DNA of 64,000 nucleotides from Desulfobulbaceae bacterium BRH_c16a (lineage in GTDB: Bacteria; Desulfobacterota; Desulfobulbia; Desulfobulbales; Desulfocapsaceae), in contig LADS01000037.1 in assembly GCA_000961725.1 (NCBI GenBank), positions 54,185 through 118,184 on the forward strand, written 5' to 3'. Below, piece after piece: positions 10,207 to 19,356 of this stretch. The notes under the pieces are model-generated. The model was not told the origin of the DNA, searched no databases, and saw nothing but the letters and a program-made list of their open reading frames with translations. A program made the translations under genes and the position numbers. Position 1 is the first letter of the stretch; every line of letters begins with the position of its first letter.

Positions 10207-11577
10207 TTATTCCTCGATCCTGCAGCCGACATTCCTGCAGGCCTGCATCGACCCGAGACTATCCTCGACCAGTTTAAAGCCGTCACATTTCAGGATGGAG
10301 GCAGCAATAATCGCTCGTTTACCGCTCCCGCAGAAGGTAACGACCGGCTTGTTCCGGTCGAGTTCGCCCAGGCGACTCTGCAGTTCGCCGAGGAAGATAT
10401 GAGTGGCGCCTGCCAGTCGCCCTTTTTCAAATTCGTCAATTTTACGCACATCAAGAAGAATGAAGTTATCCTTGTCTCGAATACGCTTTTGCAGAACAGC
10501 GGCGTGTACGGCTCCGATCCGGTCAAAGTGGCGGCCGCTCACTTCCCAGGCATGCATCCCCGTTTTCAGGTAACCAACTATACGATCATAGCCCATGCGA
10601 ACCAGATATCGTACGGCGGTTGCCACCTGCTCGACAGTTTCCGGGATCAGCACCAGATCATAGGTATAGTCGATGAAATAACCGGCATAAGCAGGGATCA
10701 TTTCCAGCGGTATCGCCAGACTGCCCGGAATGAAAGCGCCGGCAAACGCTTCAGGACTCCGCAGATCGAGCACCAGCGCACCGTCTGCCATCGCTTTCTC
10801 CACCATCTCGGCGCTCATCGGCGGAGGAAACGGCAAGGCATACAGTGGCGGCGGGCCAAGGCGATTGTACTCTTCCATTTTTTTAAAATATGCCGGCTGG
10901 TCATGCTTTTCCTTGAGCTTGTACTCGATGAATGCGTCCCTGTCGGTTTTCTGCAGCACCGGATTATGGAGACGTTCGTAGCCAAGTGTCGAAAATTCGC
11001 GTGAGGCCATGCTGCTGCCACAGACCGATCCGGCACCATGTGCAGGATAAAGCAGAGTCTGGTCGCCAAGCGGCAAGAGCTTATTGAAGATACTGTCATA
11101 CAGGGCGCCGGCGACTTCACGGGCTTGATCCGGATAGAAGTCGGTCCGGCCGACATCACCGATAAAAAGCGCGTCGCCGGTGAACACGGCAACCGCATCG
11201 TCGCCGTAATTGGAATCTGTTACTGCGATTGAGATACTCTCCCAGGTGTGGCCCGGCGTCTCAAGGATTTTCAGTCGCAGATCGCCAACTTCGAAGATGT
11301 CCCCTTCGGACACACCATGACCATACGAAAAATCGAGGGCGCTGCCATGATGGATTGCAGCTCCTGTAAGCCTTGCAAGATCCTGTGAACCGACAACATA
11401 GTCCTCATTCCGATGGGTCTCGAAGATGTGGGTGATCTGCACATCCTTTTGTGCGGCAATCTCGGCATAGATGCTGCAATCGCGACGGGGATCTATAACA
11501 ACCGCTTCCCTGCCGTCACCCAGGATGTAGGATAAATGCGAAATACCCTCCGATCTGATTTTATCCAGAAACATCAT
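10207..11577 (-). CDS. MBL-fold hydrolase fused to two rhodanese domains (persulfide dioxygenase/sulfurtransferase-like)
   Basis: ETHRNEDY (variant metal motif), TPGHT, FTGDALFIGDVGRTD, HGAGSVCG; C-terminal rhodanese FCGSGKRA. Confidence 0.9.
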   Translation of the reverse strand: MMFLDKIRSEGISHLSYILGDGREAVVIDPRRDCSIYAEIAAQKDVQITHIFETHRNEDYVVGSQDLARLTGAAIHHGSALDFSYGHGVSEGDIFEVGDLRLKILETPGHTWESISIAVTDSNYGDDAVAVFTGDALFIGDVGRTDFYPDQAREVAGALYDSIFNKLLPLGDQTLLYPAHGAGSVCGSSMASREFSTLGYERLHNPVLQKTDRDAFIEYKLKEKHDQPAYFKKMEEYNRLGPPPLYALPFPPPMSAEMVEKAMADGALVLDLRSPEAFAGAFIPGSLAIPLEMIPAYAGYFIDYTYDLVLIPETVEQVATAVRYLVRMGYDRIVGYLKTGMHAWEVSGRHFDRIGAVHAAVLQKRIRDKDNFILLDVRKIDEFEKGRLAGATHIFLGELQSRLGELDRNKPVVTFCGSGKRAIIAASILKCDGFKLVEDSLGSMQACRNVGCRIEE

Positions 11578-11605
11578 GTGGAATCCCCCTTTCTACGGAG
11601 AAATC

Positions 11606-11670
11606 TAAAAAAGGAAGAATGCCGAACAGGATGAGGATGAAGGTATTTTTCAACCCACCCGTTCGACATT
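11606..11670 (-). terminator. Probable intrinsic terminator of the 11753 PRC gene
   Basis: Imperfect stem aatgccgaacagg...cccgttcgacatt followed on the minus strand by a T-run; homologous to 12438-12489. Confidence 0.5.
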
Positions 11671-11752
11671 TTTATGGTTACGCCTGCACTCCGGAAGCGC
11701 CGTGGGACGCTTTAACTCCCCCGGCCTGAACTTTTGCAGGGATTAGCCCACA

Positions 11753-12247
11753 TCAGTCTCGCCAGGCAGGAGAAACGCCATAATGGCTCTCAAGCTGTCG
11801 TTGAAATTCTCGATCCGATATCTCCGACCGCCTTGGGGCATTATCCAGCGTGTTTTTATCTACCATCAATCTGGCATTTTCATCGGTAAAATCAAATGCC
11901 TCCAGAGGCACTGCGACGTCTTCTTCAACACCCGTCGCTCCAGCTTGCCGTACAGTTACATAATTGATTCTGCCCGTTTCGGTATCAATTGTGATATTCT
12001 GGATCTCGCCGAGATTTTCTCCATCCTGAGAGACAACAGGCATTCCCAGGATTTCCTCAGCAGTATGCGATTCGGATTGCCACTGTGACTGTGCCTGAGG
12101 CTGTGATCCTGAAAGGCCCCTCTCCAATTCCGGTTCCTGATAATATGTTCTTCCCCGGTGCATTTCTACAGGAGGAGCGGCATATAACGGGCTTAATAAG
12201 GCCAGTGATGTCAATATGGTTATCATTGATACAGTTATTTTTTTCAT
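11753..12247 (-). CDS. Secreted PRC-barrel domain protein (copy 2)
   Basis: RBS aggagg before MKKITVSMITILTSLALLSPLYA signal peptide; AEEILGMPVVSQDGENLGEIQNITID...VAVPLEAF...HYGVSPAW. Confidence 0.88.
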   Translation of the reverse strand: MKKITVSMITILTSLALLSPLYAAPPVEMHRGRTYYQEPELERGLSGSQPQAQSQWQSESHTAEEILGMPVVSQDGENLGEIQNITIDTETGRINYVTVRQAGATGVEEDVAVPLEAFDFTDENARLMVDKNTLDNAPRRSEISDREFQRQLESHYGVSPAWRD

Positions 12248-12360
12248 AGGAAAACCTCCTTCTAAATCATTTATGAAACATTTTGCTTGCCCTCGAGCAG
12301 AGTCACTTTGCTTCGGCACAGTGGTCGAAGGACTCTCGCCCAAGGATACACCCCTCTTGC

Positions 12361-12376
12361 AGCAATTACCGTGCCA
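12361..12376 (-). promoter_or_regulatory. sigma54 (-24/-12) promoter
   Basis: Minus strand TGGCACGGTAATTGCT, GG-N10-GC with consensus flanks. Confidence 0.8.
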
Positions 12377-12437
12377 GGAATGAAAACGGGACAATAGAGA
12401 CAACAGCGAAGGCAAGCGGACAGGTTCTTTCAGGACG

Positions 12438-12489
12438 AAAAGGGAATGCCGAACAGGCTGGATCAATGTATGATCAACCCATTCGGCAC
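12438..12489 (-). terminator. Probable intrinsic terminator of the 12651 PRC gene
   Basis: Stem gaatgccgaacagg...cccattcggcac with T-run on the minus strand. Confidence 0.5.
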
Positions 12490-12650
12490 GTAATCCATTA
12501 CATTCCCCCAAAAGCGTCACATGACGCTTTCTTAGGCAAGTTTGAATGGATTCGGCAAACCGATGGTTCAGTCCCTCAAGCGGGACCGAACCAATCAGCA
12601 CAATTGCATTTCTACTGCTGACTTTGTTGCTTGCTGGAATCCATCTGCAG

Positions 12651-13226
12651 CTATTGGGTCATACCACCCGGCCGTTGAGTACTGCCAGGCTGATCTGTGG
12701 CGCCCGGACGTTGCGGATCGGTTTCCATTTGCTGCTGACGACTTCTTTCCATCTGCTGGGATTCCATACCCGGCTGTCCTTCCTGCCATGCAGGAGAAAC
12801 TCCGTAATGGCTCTGAAGTTCCTGCTGGAATCCCTGATCGGACAGATCTTCCTGCTTCGGGGCATTGTCAAGCTTGGTTTTATCCACCGTCAGCTGAGCA
12901 TTTTCACCGGTGAACTGGAATGCTTCCAACGGCACTGCGATGCCCTCATCGCCACCAATACCCATAACCCCGCCTTTCTGTACAGTCACATAATTGATTC
13001 GGCCGTTGCGGGTATCGATCTTGATGTCCTGGATCTCTCCGATATTCTCCCCATCCTGGGCCACAACCGACATGCCCAGAATTTGTTCAGCCGACTGCGA
13101 CTGTGACTGCAGCTGCGATTGGGATTGCTTACTTCCCTCTGTTCCCTTGTACTCACCTGCAGCATATAAGGGACTGGCTAACGCCATCGTTAACATAGTT
13201 ACTATTGAAATGGTAATTTTCTTCAT
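12651..13226 (-). CDS. Secreted PRC-barrel domain protein (copy 1) with Gln-rich linkers
   Basis: RBS aaggagg before MKKITISIVTMLTMALASPLYA; AEQILGMSVVAQDGENIGEIQDIKID...IAVPLEAF. Confidence 0.88.
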   Translation of the reverse strand: MKKITISIVTMLTMALASPLYAAGEYKGTEGSKQSQSQLQSQSQSAEQILGMSVVAQDGENIGEIQDIKIDTRNGRINYVTVQKGGVMGIGGDEGIAVPLEAFQFTGENAQLTVDKTKLDNAPKQEDLSDQGFQQELQSHYGVSPAWQEGQPGMESQQMERSRQQQMETDPQRPGATDQPGSTQRPGGMTQ

Positions 13227-13342
13227 TTTAAACCTCCTTACTTGGGATAAATACATTCAACTTGCCTTTCGAGTATGGAGAGAGCCACTTTGTTCCTGGC
13301 ATATAATGCCCGCAAACTCTCATCCAAAGATACTCTTTAAGT

Positions 13343-13358
13343 AGCAATTCCCGTGCCA
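13343..13358 (-). promoter_or_regulatory. sigma54 (-24/-12) promoter
   Basis: Minus strand TGGCACGGGAATTGCT. Confidence 0.8.
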
Positions 13359-13536
13359 GGAATGGAAGCGGAATAAAAAGAAACAATTGCCTGCAATACT
13401 GGGGATTGTTCAAGCAATTTTGCAGGTTTCAAGAAAAATGATTCCTGTATTCCAGGAATCATTCCTGCCAAAAAGGACGATCATTGTACAGATCGGAGGA
13501 ATAAACACATGAGGGAGTTTCACAGCCGGAACAGGA

Positions 13537-14538
13537 TCAGTTCATCCATTCTTTTCCGGTCTGACTGCTATAGGCCAGGAGGATCCGGTCGATGTTGGTC
13601 AATTGCAGTAACTTACTATCATCCACGAGTGTACGGGGAATGATAATAGTCACCCCATAACCCATTTTGAGCAGGTTGAGTTCGGTCTGGTAGCTCGTCG
13701 GCTGTATATCGGCGGATGCGGGAGTATCAATATCGATTCCATCCTTCTGAAAATAACGGACAATATCCTGGATATGGTTCAGACCGATAGTTAACATGGC
13801 CGATTGATTTTTGATTGTACCATTATGCAGTTCATAATCGATCACCGACGGGATTTTCTGCAGCAGCATGGCTGTTCTCACTTCCTGCAGATATTGCAAC
13901 TGTTCGATCTTCTCTTTCGGCGACGAAATGGGTGTGCCGGGGGTTTTCAGGTTACGCAGACTGGTGCAGACGGCGTTATAAATATTCCTGTCCTCGACCT
14001 GAGAAGCACGCATATGGATATTCTCCATGAGGAGCATCTCGGCATTCACAAACCGGCTCTCATCGGCAAGCTTCTGACGGAGAAGAAAATTATCCAGTTG
14101 GCCTCTTGAAGGTTGCGAGGTAATGGCCGGGGAACTTTTTCTTTCCGTGAAATACCCCTCAGGCAACAACAGCTGCAACTCCCTGTTACGGTTCAGCCAT
14201 TCGCCAATCCTAAAAATATCGGCCTGAGTTTGGATGGTCGTGCTGCCGTTCAGTCCGCTTTCCGGATCACGATGACTGATTCCTATGATGTAGAGCTGCT
14301 TGGGACTGTTCTCGTTGATCCGGTATACGACTTTGCCGTATTCGAGAGGTATGTCAAAAAAAGTCGATAGATAAGGATTATCGGATGATGCCGGAAGCGG
14401 AAGCAGCGTCACAAGACAGAACAACAGGGCCGACAACAAAAATGATGCATTGCCTGGCAGTCTACGGGATGACTTACCCGAAAAAATGGAAACCGGGGCA
14501 TGAAGAAGGTTCTTGAACAACGAAAGGTATTTCTGCAT
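13537..14538 (-). CDS. Hypothetical exported protein
   Basis: 333-aa ORF with hydrophobic signal-like segment (FLLSALLFCLVTLLPLPASS); no family recognised. Confidence 0.7.
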   Translation of the reverse strand: MQKYLSLFKNLLHAPVSIFSGKSSRRLPGNASFLLSALLFCLVTLLPLPASSDNPYLSTFFDIPLEYGKVVYRINENSPKQLYIIGISHRDPESGLNGSTTIQTQADIFRIGEWLNRNRELQLLLPEGYFTERKSSPAITSQPSRGQLDNFLLRQKLADESRFVNAEMLLMENIHMRASQVEDRNIYNAVCTSLRNLKTPGTPISSPKEKIEQLQYLQEVRTAMLLQKIPSVIDYELHNGTIKNQSAMLTIGLNHIQDIVRYFQKDGIDIDTPASADIQPTSYQTELNLLKMGYGVTIIIPRTLVDDSKLLQLTNIDRILLAYSSQTGKEWMN

Positions 14539-14611
14539 ATCTCTTATTCCTGTTGCACCAGTCGATCTATGTTTCGTGCAGCAGGAAGATATACAGAATA
14601 TGTGTGATTCA

Positions 14612-14702
14612 TATCTGGCAATTCCGCTGTCCTAGGGCAACATACCCCTTAGACCGGTGATTTTGCGTCCTCATCTTTCAATGAGGTAGCCTTTTTCAGA
14701 TA
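14612..14702 (-). ncRNA. c-di-GMP-I (GEMM-I) riboswitch
   Basis: Minus strand AUCUGAAAAAGGCUACCUCAUUGAAAGAUGAGGACGCAAAAUCACCGGUCUAAGGGG...CCCUAGGACAGCGGAAUUGCCAGAU: GAAA-capped P2, GACGCAAA, CCGGUCUAA receptor, closing P1 AUCUG/CAGAU. Confidence 0.88.
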
Positions 14703-15175
14703 GTAGTTTTTAATGCCGACGACTAAAAACGATGTACCAATTGAGGACAGATTAGCATACCTCCCATCCATCGTCAATGCATTGAAAACACATTTCGCCA
14801 GTCACCACAGGGTGGCAATTCGGCTCGACTTGATAACCTGAAGATATGGCAAGATTTCTGTTCGAACGACAGACAAGAAAAAAATTCGACGCGAGAGATC
14901 ACCTTGAACAGGTTATCTTCCGTTTGGAGAAAGCCAGGCGGGATTGGGATTTCCGGAGGAATCGGAAAAGTAGCGGTGAGAAGAAAAATCGCGTCTCATC
15001 CGACAGGAGTTCTTTCTTGCAGGAGAAACTACGGAACAAGAAGATCGGAACCCACCCACAATCAGGCTCCCGCTCTTCAGGCAAGCGAGTGGGTCCGCGA
15101 TCTTAAATGTCATGTATCAAATACCACATGTTGACATGCCTGCCAACATAGGCGCAAAGGGTTCGGAATGAGTCT

Positions 15176-15580
15176 TTACCTGATCAACTCCATGATATTT
15201 AGACATTCTTTTTCACAACTGCGGCAAGCCGCTCCACATATTCGGCAATGTTCATGCATTTCAGCATGCTTCTCGCATTCCGTCGCGCAAAGATTACATG
15301 CTGTCGCACAAGACTGGACGATGGATTGCAGCACCTCCCTGGAAGGTTTTGTCATGCGCGAGATCACGGCCGCCGTGGCATTACAGATATCAGCACAGTC
15401 CAGATTATGTCGAATACAACCGACCAGGGATTCGACCTTTTTTTCTCCCAGACACGCATCGGCACAAGAGGTGCACGCTTGAGCGCAGATTTTTATTGCA
15501 GCGATGACAGCTGCTAACTTTTCGCTGTCGCATATTGGCTCATGCGGATGGCTTCTGATCATTTCCAGTGTTGATTTCAT
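15176..15580 (-). CDS. Four-helix-bundle Cys-rich copper storage protein (Csp3/DUF326-like)
   Basis: Repeated CxxxCxxC: CAQACTSCADAC, LDCADIC, CATACNLCATECEKHAEMHEHCRICGAACRSCEKEC; no signal peptide. Confidence 0.9.
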   Translation of the reverse strand: MKSTLEMIRSHPHEPICDSEKLAAVIAAIKICAQACTSCADACLGEKKVESLVGCIRHNLDCADICNATAAVISRMTKPSREVLQSIVQSCATACNLCATECEKHAEMHEHCRICGAACRSCEKECLNIMELIR

Positions 15581-15666
15581 AATGTTCCTCCATATTTTAG
15601 GAAGGGGATTATTTTTTCCGGGTCCAGTTCCCTTCGACTTTGGATTCCGTCCCCTTCCTACTAAAA

Positions 15667-15682
15667 AGCAAAAATTGTGCCC
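15667..15682 (-). promoter_or_regulatory. Probable sigma54 promoter for the Csp3-like gene
   Basis: Minus strand GGGCACAATTTTTGCT (GG-N10-GC). Confidence 0.6.
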
Positions 15683-15725
15683 TTTACTTCAATTCTTTTC
15701 GAGGTGCGATTGATTACAACAACCG

Positions 15726-16970
15726 TCAATATTCCGGTACGTCTTTACGATCCTGAAAGCGCGAGACAGGGTGCGGGGCGGTTTCAAACCGATAATCCTG
15801 TTTATGCTTGCTGACATGCTTTTTAATGACTTCCTGACTGGGTACCATGCCGGCATTGACTTCAGCCTGATACGCAAAAAATCGATGATCGCGAGGAAGG
15901 GAATCGACAGGAACAAAATCGGCGCCGTCGGCTGTCAACTGCACCTGGGCTTCAACGACTTGACGGACATATTCTATATTGGATTCAAAGGTCAGTGGAT
16001 CTGGCATTTCGGCCGGCAGAAATTCGGCCGGGTCCTCGCCTTCGATTTTCTTGTAGAGTTCCACCGCACTCTGCAGATGGCCGAGTTCCATATCGAGATG
16101 GAGCTCCCATATTTTTTTCACACGGGGATCTACCTCCTGCTGCATAAAAGCATGGTAAAGATAACATTCATGGTATTCGTGCATCACCATGCACATCATC
16201 CAGGAACAGCTGGGGTCCAGCAGCGACTCATAATGGGACACGTGTTGTTCCTCGATCATACCAATTTCGGTATATAAGCCGCGCAGGATCGGGTCTTCAT
16301 ATCTGTTGGCGACATTCATGTAAAAGTTCATCGTCTGCTGTTCGGCAGCGACAATGGTCATGACGTTCAACAAACTGATTGGAGCAGCGGTTTTGATATC
16401 CATGGGTCTGCATATTGAATCCATTGGATGACGGTGTTCCGAAACAGTTGGCCGACCGGGCATGATTTCCGTCAGCTTGCCGACGATATGCTCGGGCTTC
16501 ATTGTGCCTGATTGCATATCGAGCATGTTGGCGTATCGATAGAGATGATCAAAATCTTCAAGAAGGGCAAAATCATAGGCCTGGCGGAGATAGGAATCCG
16601 GTTCGTGACGTGCACACCAGGCTGTCAGGTCGACGGCCACCTGTTCGTAGCCAATGGTATTCTCCAGCGTTGTTTCGTTGCCGGGAATCATTCCGCTGAC
16701 TGCCTTCTGCTGCTGCTGTTCGATTCGCCGGGAAACGGCGATAGCCTTTTTTACTTCCGGATCCGTGGTCATCCTGGCCATCATATGCTTAAAGATCGCC
16801 GCATCCACCTCAATGCCGTTCATGGCGATGATTCGCGTGCGGGTATAAGGATGCACCTCTTGTTTGTCATACTGGAACCCCGTCAGGTCACTCCAGCTAC
16901 GCGTCTGCTTGTCAAGGGCCATGCCTTTTTCTTGCAGAGGATTGAAAGAGGATAGCTTTTTCTTAGCCAT
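15726..16970 (-). CDS. Tandem ferritin-like (di-metal carboxylate) domain protein
   Basis: Repeated E...ExxH motifs: GYEQVA...EDFDH, AAEQQT...EEQH, HEYHE...ELGH. Confidence 0.75.
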   Translation of the reverse strand: MAKKKLSSFNPLQEKGMALDKQTRSWSDLTGFQYDKQEVHPYTRTRIIAMNGIEVDAAIFKHMMARMTTDPEVKKAIAVSRRIEQQQQKAVSGMIPGNETTLENTIGYEQVAVDLTAWCARHEPDSYLRQAYDFALLEDFDHLYRYANMLDMQSGTMKPEHIVGKLTEIMPGRPTVSEHRHPMDSICRPMDIKTAAPISLLNVMTIVAAEQQTMNFYMNVANRYEDPILRGLYTEIGMIEEQHVSHYESLLDPSCSWMMCMVMHEYHECYLYHAFMQQEVDPRVKKIWELHLDMELGHLQSAVELYKKIEGEDPAEFLPAEMPDPLTFESNIEYVRQVVEAQVQLTADGADFVPVDSLPRDHRFFAYQAEVNAGMVPSQEVIKKHVSKHKQDYRFETAPHPVSRFQDRKDVPEY

Positions 16971-17018
16971 TATATTTTCTCCATTGTTTGAGGAATAAAA
17001 AATTGTGCTGTGGCTATC

Positions 17019-17471
17019 TTATGAAATAGAACTCTTTACCTTTTCTTTCTCCTGTTGAAATGCCTGCATGATCTGCTTGAAGTCATCTTTCTCTATTTCT
17101 TCCTGGGCGATTTCAAATATCTCCTGTTCTTCTTCCTCGATATGATGTTCTATCAAATCCTTCAGTACTTTCACTTTGACTGCCCAGAGTTCGTCTTTTG
17201 CAGGCGTTTCTTCCAGCTGCCGAAAAACCATTTCCGTCAAATTGTGCTCTTCCGTAGCCTCCAGAGCATTTTGCCTGGCGTTTTTCTTGTCCATGAGAAC
17301 ACTATAAAAAGCTACATTTTCAGCCTTCATATGCGGAACGAGTTCCTCCTTGAGCTGTGCGAACAATTTCTCCCGTGATTTTTCAGCGGTTTTTGAACTT
17401 GAACTCATTTTCTCCAGGATATCCTTGACTTCTTTATGATCTTTTTTAAGCTCGTCAAAAAATGCTTTCAT
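17019..17471 (-). CDS. Hemerythrin/HHE domain protein
   Basis: LKKDH, PHMKAE, EEH, EHHIEEEE motifs. Confidence 0.88.
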   Translation of the reverse strand: MKAFFDELKKDHKEVKDILEKMSSSSKTAEKSREKLFAQLKEELVPHMKAENVAFYSVLMDKKNARQNALEATEEHNLTEMVFRQLEETPAKDELWAVKVKVLKDLIEHHIEEEEQEIFEIAQEEIEKDDFKQIMQAFQQEKEKVKSSIS

Positions 17472-17727
17472 ATCATGATCCTCCTTGTTTTACTGCACCG
17501 TTTATCCTACAATTCCATAATGTGCAGTTTTATGATTTACTATGGATTCTCTACACCAATTGCAGATGAATATAGTCCTGACACTTTTTTACCTTCTAGT
17601 GCGATTGTCAATGGACCATTTTTTTTGGAAAATACAGGAGGACCTCTATGAACAAATACAGTAAAGGAGAATGAAATCGAAGTCGATTTCCTAACTATTT
17701 GAAAGAATATATTTTCTGCCGGATGAG

Positions 17728-17766
17728 AAGAGGCGCCCTCTACCTGCGGGGAGCCTCTTTTTTTTC
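17728..17766. terminator. Hairpin downstream of the encapsulin gene
   Basis: aagaggc...gcctct followed by a T-run on the plus strand. Confidence 0.4.
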
Positions 17767-17785
17767 TTGATGCTTGCTCGCCTTG

Positions 17786-18622
17786 TTACTCAATAGTGCA
17801 GATGGCGTCGGAGCGGCGGATAAGAAGGGCAAGGGTTTCAAAAACCCGAAAGATGTGGTTCATGTTTTCCGCCGCGGTATAGGAGGTCACCAGATCCTGC
17901 CCCACGGCGAGGTTGAGATTCTGGATTCCGGTGGCGATAACCACCGCCTTGTTGCCCTTCAAGGCGGAGCTGGGATAGACGTGTCCACGCAGCAGGGCTT
18001 TGACCTGATCGAGTTCCAGCATGCCGGTATTACCGTAAACCCGCACAGTCTGTCCGTACAGGTAAGGACTGACGGCCATCGCATAGGGGCCGTAATGCCC
18101 CGCCGAGGTGAGGGCGTTCACCGCCTGGACCGCATCGGCCAGAGGGCCTCCCCCTTCCTTCCAGTCGCCAAGTCCCACCGTCAAACGCCCGTCGGCGTTA
18201 AGGAGGCCCTGGGCACCGAGTTCCGCGTTTCCGTTAAAGATGAGGTCATCCTCCTGGATCGCAACGTCGGCGGCGGCAACAGCCGCGATACTGACGTCAA
18301 GCGGGATGCCCAGATGCCGATCAGCCTCGACATCGCGCCAGAAGAATTTGAAGTCCTTGAAAATAATCGGAAGACTGACGGTCTTGCGATGGTCGGCTTC
18401 GACGGTCAGATCTCCCCGATCGCCGGTCAGGTCGAGGCCGGCTGGATTTCGCCCGCTGAAAATCGCATAGGGGAGCGAATAGACACCGGGGCCCAGAGGA
18501 CCAAGGACCTCGATTATCTTGCGTCCTACCAGCATGTTGCTTGCCGTCTTCACCACCGCCTCATCGACGCGGTTCCACTCTTCCCCGGTCAGCGGGGCCG
18601 ATTTTCTGTCCAGTATATCCAT
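17786..18622 (-). CDS. Family 1 encapsulin shell protein (Linocin M18, HK97 fold)
   Basis: MDILDRKSAPLTGEEWNRVDEAV, LVGRKIIEVLGPLGPG, EDDLIFNG, GPYAMAVSP, LAVGQD. Confidence 0.95.
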   Translation of the reverse strand: MDILDRKSAPLTGEEWNRVDEAVVKTASNMLVGRKIIEVLGPLGPGVYSLPYAIFSGRNPAGLDLTGDRGDLTVEADHRKTVSLPIIFKDFKFFWRDVEADRHLGIPLDVSIAAVAAADVAIQEDDLIFNGNAELGAQGLLNADGRLTVGLGDWKEGGGPLADAVQAVNALTSAGHYGPYAMAVSPYLYGQTVRVYGNTGMLELDQVKALLRGHVYPSSALKGNKAVVIATGIQNLNLAVGQDLVTSYTAAENMNHIFRVFETLALLIRRSDAICTIE

Positions 18623-18645
18623 ACTCCCTCCCTTGCAGATAAATT

Positions 18646-19074
18646 CTATTTTCCGATAAGACTGCCAACCGTCTGTGGAACCGATTCCGGCTCCTCTCCG
18701 GCACTTTCTTCAACGGAAACTTCCATTTCGGGAACCGGGCGCCTTTCAGACGCGGCCCCCTCCGGCGCACCTGCGGCGATCTTCTCCATGATCTCGATGA
18801 CTTCGGTTTCTCCCTCGGCGTAGAAGGCCGTCTCGGTCGGTTCGAGTTCCTTGAGCAACTTCAGAAACTCGCCGGCATGGACGATCTCTTCGTCGGCGAT
18901 ATCTTTCAGGACCTCCTGGGCAAGTCGGTTGTCCGTCGACTCCGCCAGTTGCATGTAGAGCTGGACCGCCTCGTATTCGGCGGCGATCATGAAGCGGATC
19001 GATCGAACCAGTTCGGCATGCGTCACCTTGCGATCGGCCGCGAGTCCCGAGAATGCGTGTGTAAATTCCGGCAT
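18646..19074 (-). CDS. Encapsulin cargo ferritin-like protein with C-terminal targeting peptide
   Basis: AAEYEAVQLY...DIADEEIVHAGEF, then an acidic linker and QTVGSLIGK (TVGSL cargo-loading motif); directly upstream of encapsulin. Confidence 0.92.
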   Translation of the reverse strand: MPEFTHAFSGLAADRKVTHAELVRSIRFMIAAEYEAVQLYMQLAESTDNRLAQEVLKDIADEEIVHAGEFLKLLKELEPTETAFYAEGETEVIEIMEKIAAGAPEGAASERRPVPEMEVSVEESAGEEPESVPQTVGSLIGK

Positions 19075-19356
19075 CTTTTCCCCCTCCTTTCGTAAGCGTC
19101 GAGAATGAAGTCCAGGGACGGCGTCAATTCAACCACCCGAGATTCAGTGTGTGGGCACAGGATCTTCCAAGATACAGCCGCGAAGGGTTGCCGTTACCGA
19201 TGACGAAAGTGACCGGACCTCTCAACATACCTCCCAGCCGAAAGTGTGTACAAACCTAATTTATGTTAGGCTAAACGTTCGCCCCGATTTTTGCAATCTT
19301 TTTTGCCGAACTTCATTCATTGGATATGAATTCGGCAAGGCCTTGAGAAAAAAGTC

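Noticed and set aside
11753-12601. 282-aa extended version of the PRC-barrel ORF
   Set aside because: RBS, signal peptide, paralog alignment and the sigma54 promoter all place the start at 12247
14846-15134. Short ORFs and a hairpin between the riboswitch and the Csp3-like gene; considered as an IS remnant
   Set aside because: No transposase motif or terminal repeats; the hairpin near 15042-15102 is adequately explained as a terminator-like element
17786-18622. HK97-fold protein as a possible prophage capsid
   Set aside because: No phage genes nearby, and the cargo gene with a targeting peptide identifies it as an encapsulin
19125-19230. 34-codon minus-strand ORF upstream of the cargo gene
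   Set aside because: The GGAGG is only one base from the ATG and the peptide has no recognisable features
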